Below, piece by piece: positions 33,853-35,820 of a DNA stretch of 35,820 nt (positions are counted from its first letter, which is position 1; every line of letters begins with the position of its first letter). Made by a program: the position numbers and the translations under genes. This DNA comes from Leucoraja ocellata (taxonomy: Eukaryota): assembly GCA_036785375.1 (NCBI GenBank), contig JAWMAR010000061.1:7220181-7256000 (forward strand), in the 5' to 3' direction. The notes under the pieces are model-generated. The model did no database searches. It worked only from the letters and a program-made list of their open reading frames with translations, and had not been told where the DNA came from.

Positions 33853-34449
33853 ACTATCTGCCGCCTGAGATCAGATGCCATTACTGAAACCCGAAATGAG
33901 ACAAGAGTAATATCTGGTGAAAATTGTGATTTCCGTAAGCTTATTGGATTTGAAAAGCTCCACTTAATGCCGTGTAAGTTCGAGGAGGGCTGTTTGAATC
34001 TGTATTTACAAGCACACATGCAAAATGGTCTTAAAAGACATGATTGTTACTGTGTGATTGATGTGGAATCCACTGGGTCCTGGGCCCTGTCACATTGACA
34101 TTAGATCAAAGGTTTGATTGATGGAACCTTCTGGTTCATTCCGCAATCATCTATCTTGCCTGTTATTGGCTGAGTGTGTAATCCCGCTGATATTAAATGC
34201 CGTTGACTTGCCAAATATTAAGTGAGCTAACTTTAGACGAAGGAACCTGGCCTCTAACAAGGTGGAAATATCCACCTGAGACCCATCCCTGAAGCCAGCC
34301 TTTAGTTCTATCAACGTACAGAGGGAATTATTAACTAAATGCTACATGTATAAAGCAAGTTGGAAGAGCAACGTGTTTGAGGAATATAGAACTGTACAGC
34401 GGAAATGTTCCATCTGGAATCCCTCTGGTTTTAACACTAATGGAATGAA

Positions 34450-34997
34450 AGGATATATTTAAGGCAGAGATGGATAGATTTTTGATTAGTGCGGGTGTCA
34501 GGGGTTATGGGGAGAAGGCAGGAGAATGGGGTTAGGAGGGAGAGATAGATCAGCCATGATTGAATGGCAGCATAGACTCGATGGGCCGAATGGCCTAATA
34601 CTGCTCCTATCACTTAAGACCGGATAGAGTGGATGTGGAGAGGATGTTTCCACCAGTGGGAAGTCTAGACCATAGGTCATAGAAACATAGAAAATAGGTG
34701 CAGGTGTAGAGGCCATTCGGCCCTTCGAGCCTGCACCATTCGCCATTCAATATGATCATGGCTGATCATCCAACTCAGTATCCTGTACCTGCCTTCTCTC
34801 CATACCCCCTGATCCCTTTAGCCACAAGGGCCACATCTAACTCCCTCTTAAATATGTCATAGCCTCATAATATGAGTCATAGCCTCAGAATTAAAGGGCG
34901 TTCCTTTCGGAAGATGAGGAGGGATTTCTTTAGTCAGAGGGTGGTGAATCTGTGGAATTCATTGCCACGGAAGGCTGTGGAGGCCAAGTCAGTGGAT
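34450..34997. mobile_element. Cluster of nested CR1 3' fragments on both strands
   Basis: A minus-strand CR1 tail (~34683-34855) flanked by GTCATAG sits inside a plus-strand fragment. Confidence 0.75.
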
Positions 34998-35008
34998 TTT
35001 TTTTTTTA

Positions 35009-35509
35009 AATGCTGGTGTAACTCAGCGGGTGAGGCAGCATCTCTGGAGAGAAGGAATGGGCGACGTTTCGGGTCGAGACCCTTCTTCAGACTGGTGTCG
35101 GGGAGAGGGTGGGACAAGGAAAATACTGTAAGTACAGACAGTAAGACTAGTGGGAGAACTGGGAATGGGGAGGGGATGGAGAGAGAGGGAAAGCAAGGGG
35201 TATTTGAAGTTAGAGAAGTCAATGTTCATACCGCTGGGGTGTAAGCTGGCCAAGCGAAATATGAGGCGCTGTTCCTCCAATTTGCGCTGGGCCTCACTCT
35301 TGACAGTGGATGAGGCCCAGGACAGAAAGGTTAGTGTGGGAATGGGAGGGGGAGTTGAAGTGCTGAGCTCAAGTAGGAGATCAGGATAGGTTGAGGCGGA
35401 CTGAGCGGAGGCGTTCAGCAAAACGATCGCCAAGCCTGCGCTTGGTCTCGCCGATGTAGAGAAGTTGACACCAGGAACAGCGGATACAGTAGATGAGGTT
35501 GGAGGTTAC
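35009..35509 (-). mobile_element. Penelope-like element 3' fragment: degraded GIY-YIG endonuclease, 3' UTR and terminal repeat
   Basis: Minus-strand peptides TSNLIYCIRCSWCQLLYIGETKRRLGDRFAE and RKLEEQRLIFRLASLHPSGMNIDF, followed by the CTGAAGA..GAAACGTC terminal motif. Confidence 0.9.
35061..35092 (-). ncRNA. Minimal hammerhead motif, Penelope terminus
   Basis: The reverse complement reads gtCTGAAGAagggtctcgacccGAAACGTCgc, directly downstream of the GIY-YIG ORF remnant. Confidence 0.65.
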
Positions 35510-35579
35510 TGGTTTAAACTGAAGATCGACACACAGTGCTGGAGTAACTCGGCGGGACAGAAGGAATGGGTGACGTTTC

Positions 35580-35615
35580 GGGTCTGAAGAAGGGTCTCGA
35601 CCCGAAACGTCACCC
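35580..35615 (+). ncRNA. Minimal type I hammerhead ribozyme motif in a Penelope terminal repeat
   Basis: Stem I GGGT/ACCC, core CTGAAGA (35584-90), an extra A, stem II GGGT(CTCG)ACCC, GAAA, a loop-less palindromic stem III ACGT, and a GTC cleavage triplet (cut after 35611). Confidence 0.75.
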
Positions 35616-35820
35616 ATTCCTTCTCTCCAGAGATGCTGCCTGCCCCGCTGAGTTACTCCAGTATTTTGCGTCTATGGAGGTGTATGGATTTTGTACAGAC
35701 AGAAAAGAGTTGGCATGGTCTTCGTGTTCGACACAGACAATGTGGGCTGAAGTTGGTCATGTGGGGGGTTTTGTCAAAGAGCAGTCACTGTCTTCCTGAG
35801 GAAACATGAAGGCAGCTGCA

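Noticed and set aside
33153-35820. cd276 transmembrane exon
   Set aside because: No hydrophobic LWVTVGL-like exon was found; it probably lies beyond the window.

Overview
Repeat-rich vertebrate genomic DNA, very probably from a cartilaginous fish (skate or ray), judged from the HE1/V-SINE, CR1, Penelope and Rex1 repeats. It has four assembly gaps. The only host gene I can support is a + strand cd276 (B7-H3) ortholog: a probable non-coding exon 1 and promoter near 10.9-11.2 kb, a signal-peptide exon (CDS 23459-23516), an IgV exon (30412-30762) and an IgC exon (32743-33039), joined by phase-1 GT-AG introns. The transmembrane and cytoplasmic exons are not in the window. Most other ORFs in the track are transposon debris or low-complexity sequence. 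The most notable signal is non-coding. Two copies of a ~140-bp retroposed element (13796-13936, 16965-17099) begin exactly at the predicted cleavage site of a compact 55-nt HDV-like self-cleaving ribozyme with a CPEB3-like core. They end in a (GAA)n tail shared with an Ingi/Vingi-like LINE 3' end found nearby (12659-12866). The window also holds minimal hammerhead-ribozyme motifs derived from Penelope-like element termini, a solo LTR in intron 1, a Harbinger-like MITE family, and minisatellites grown from TE tails. All homologies are recognised from memory; none was computed.
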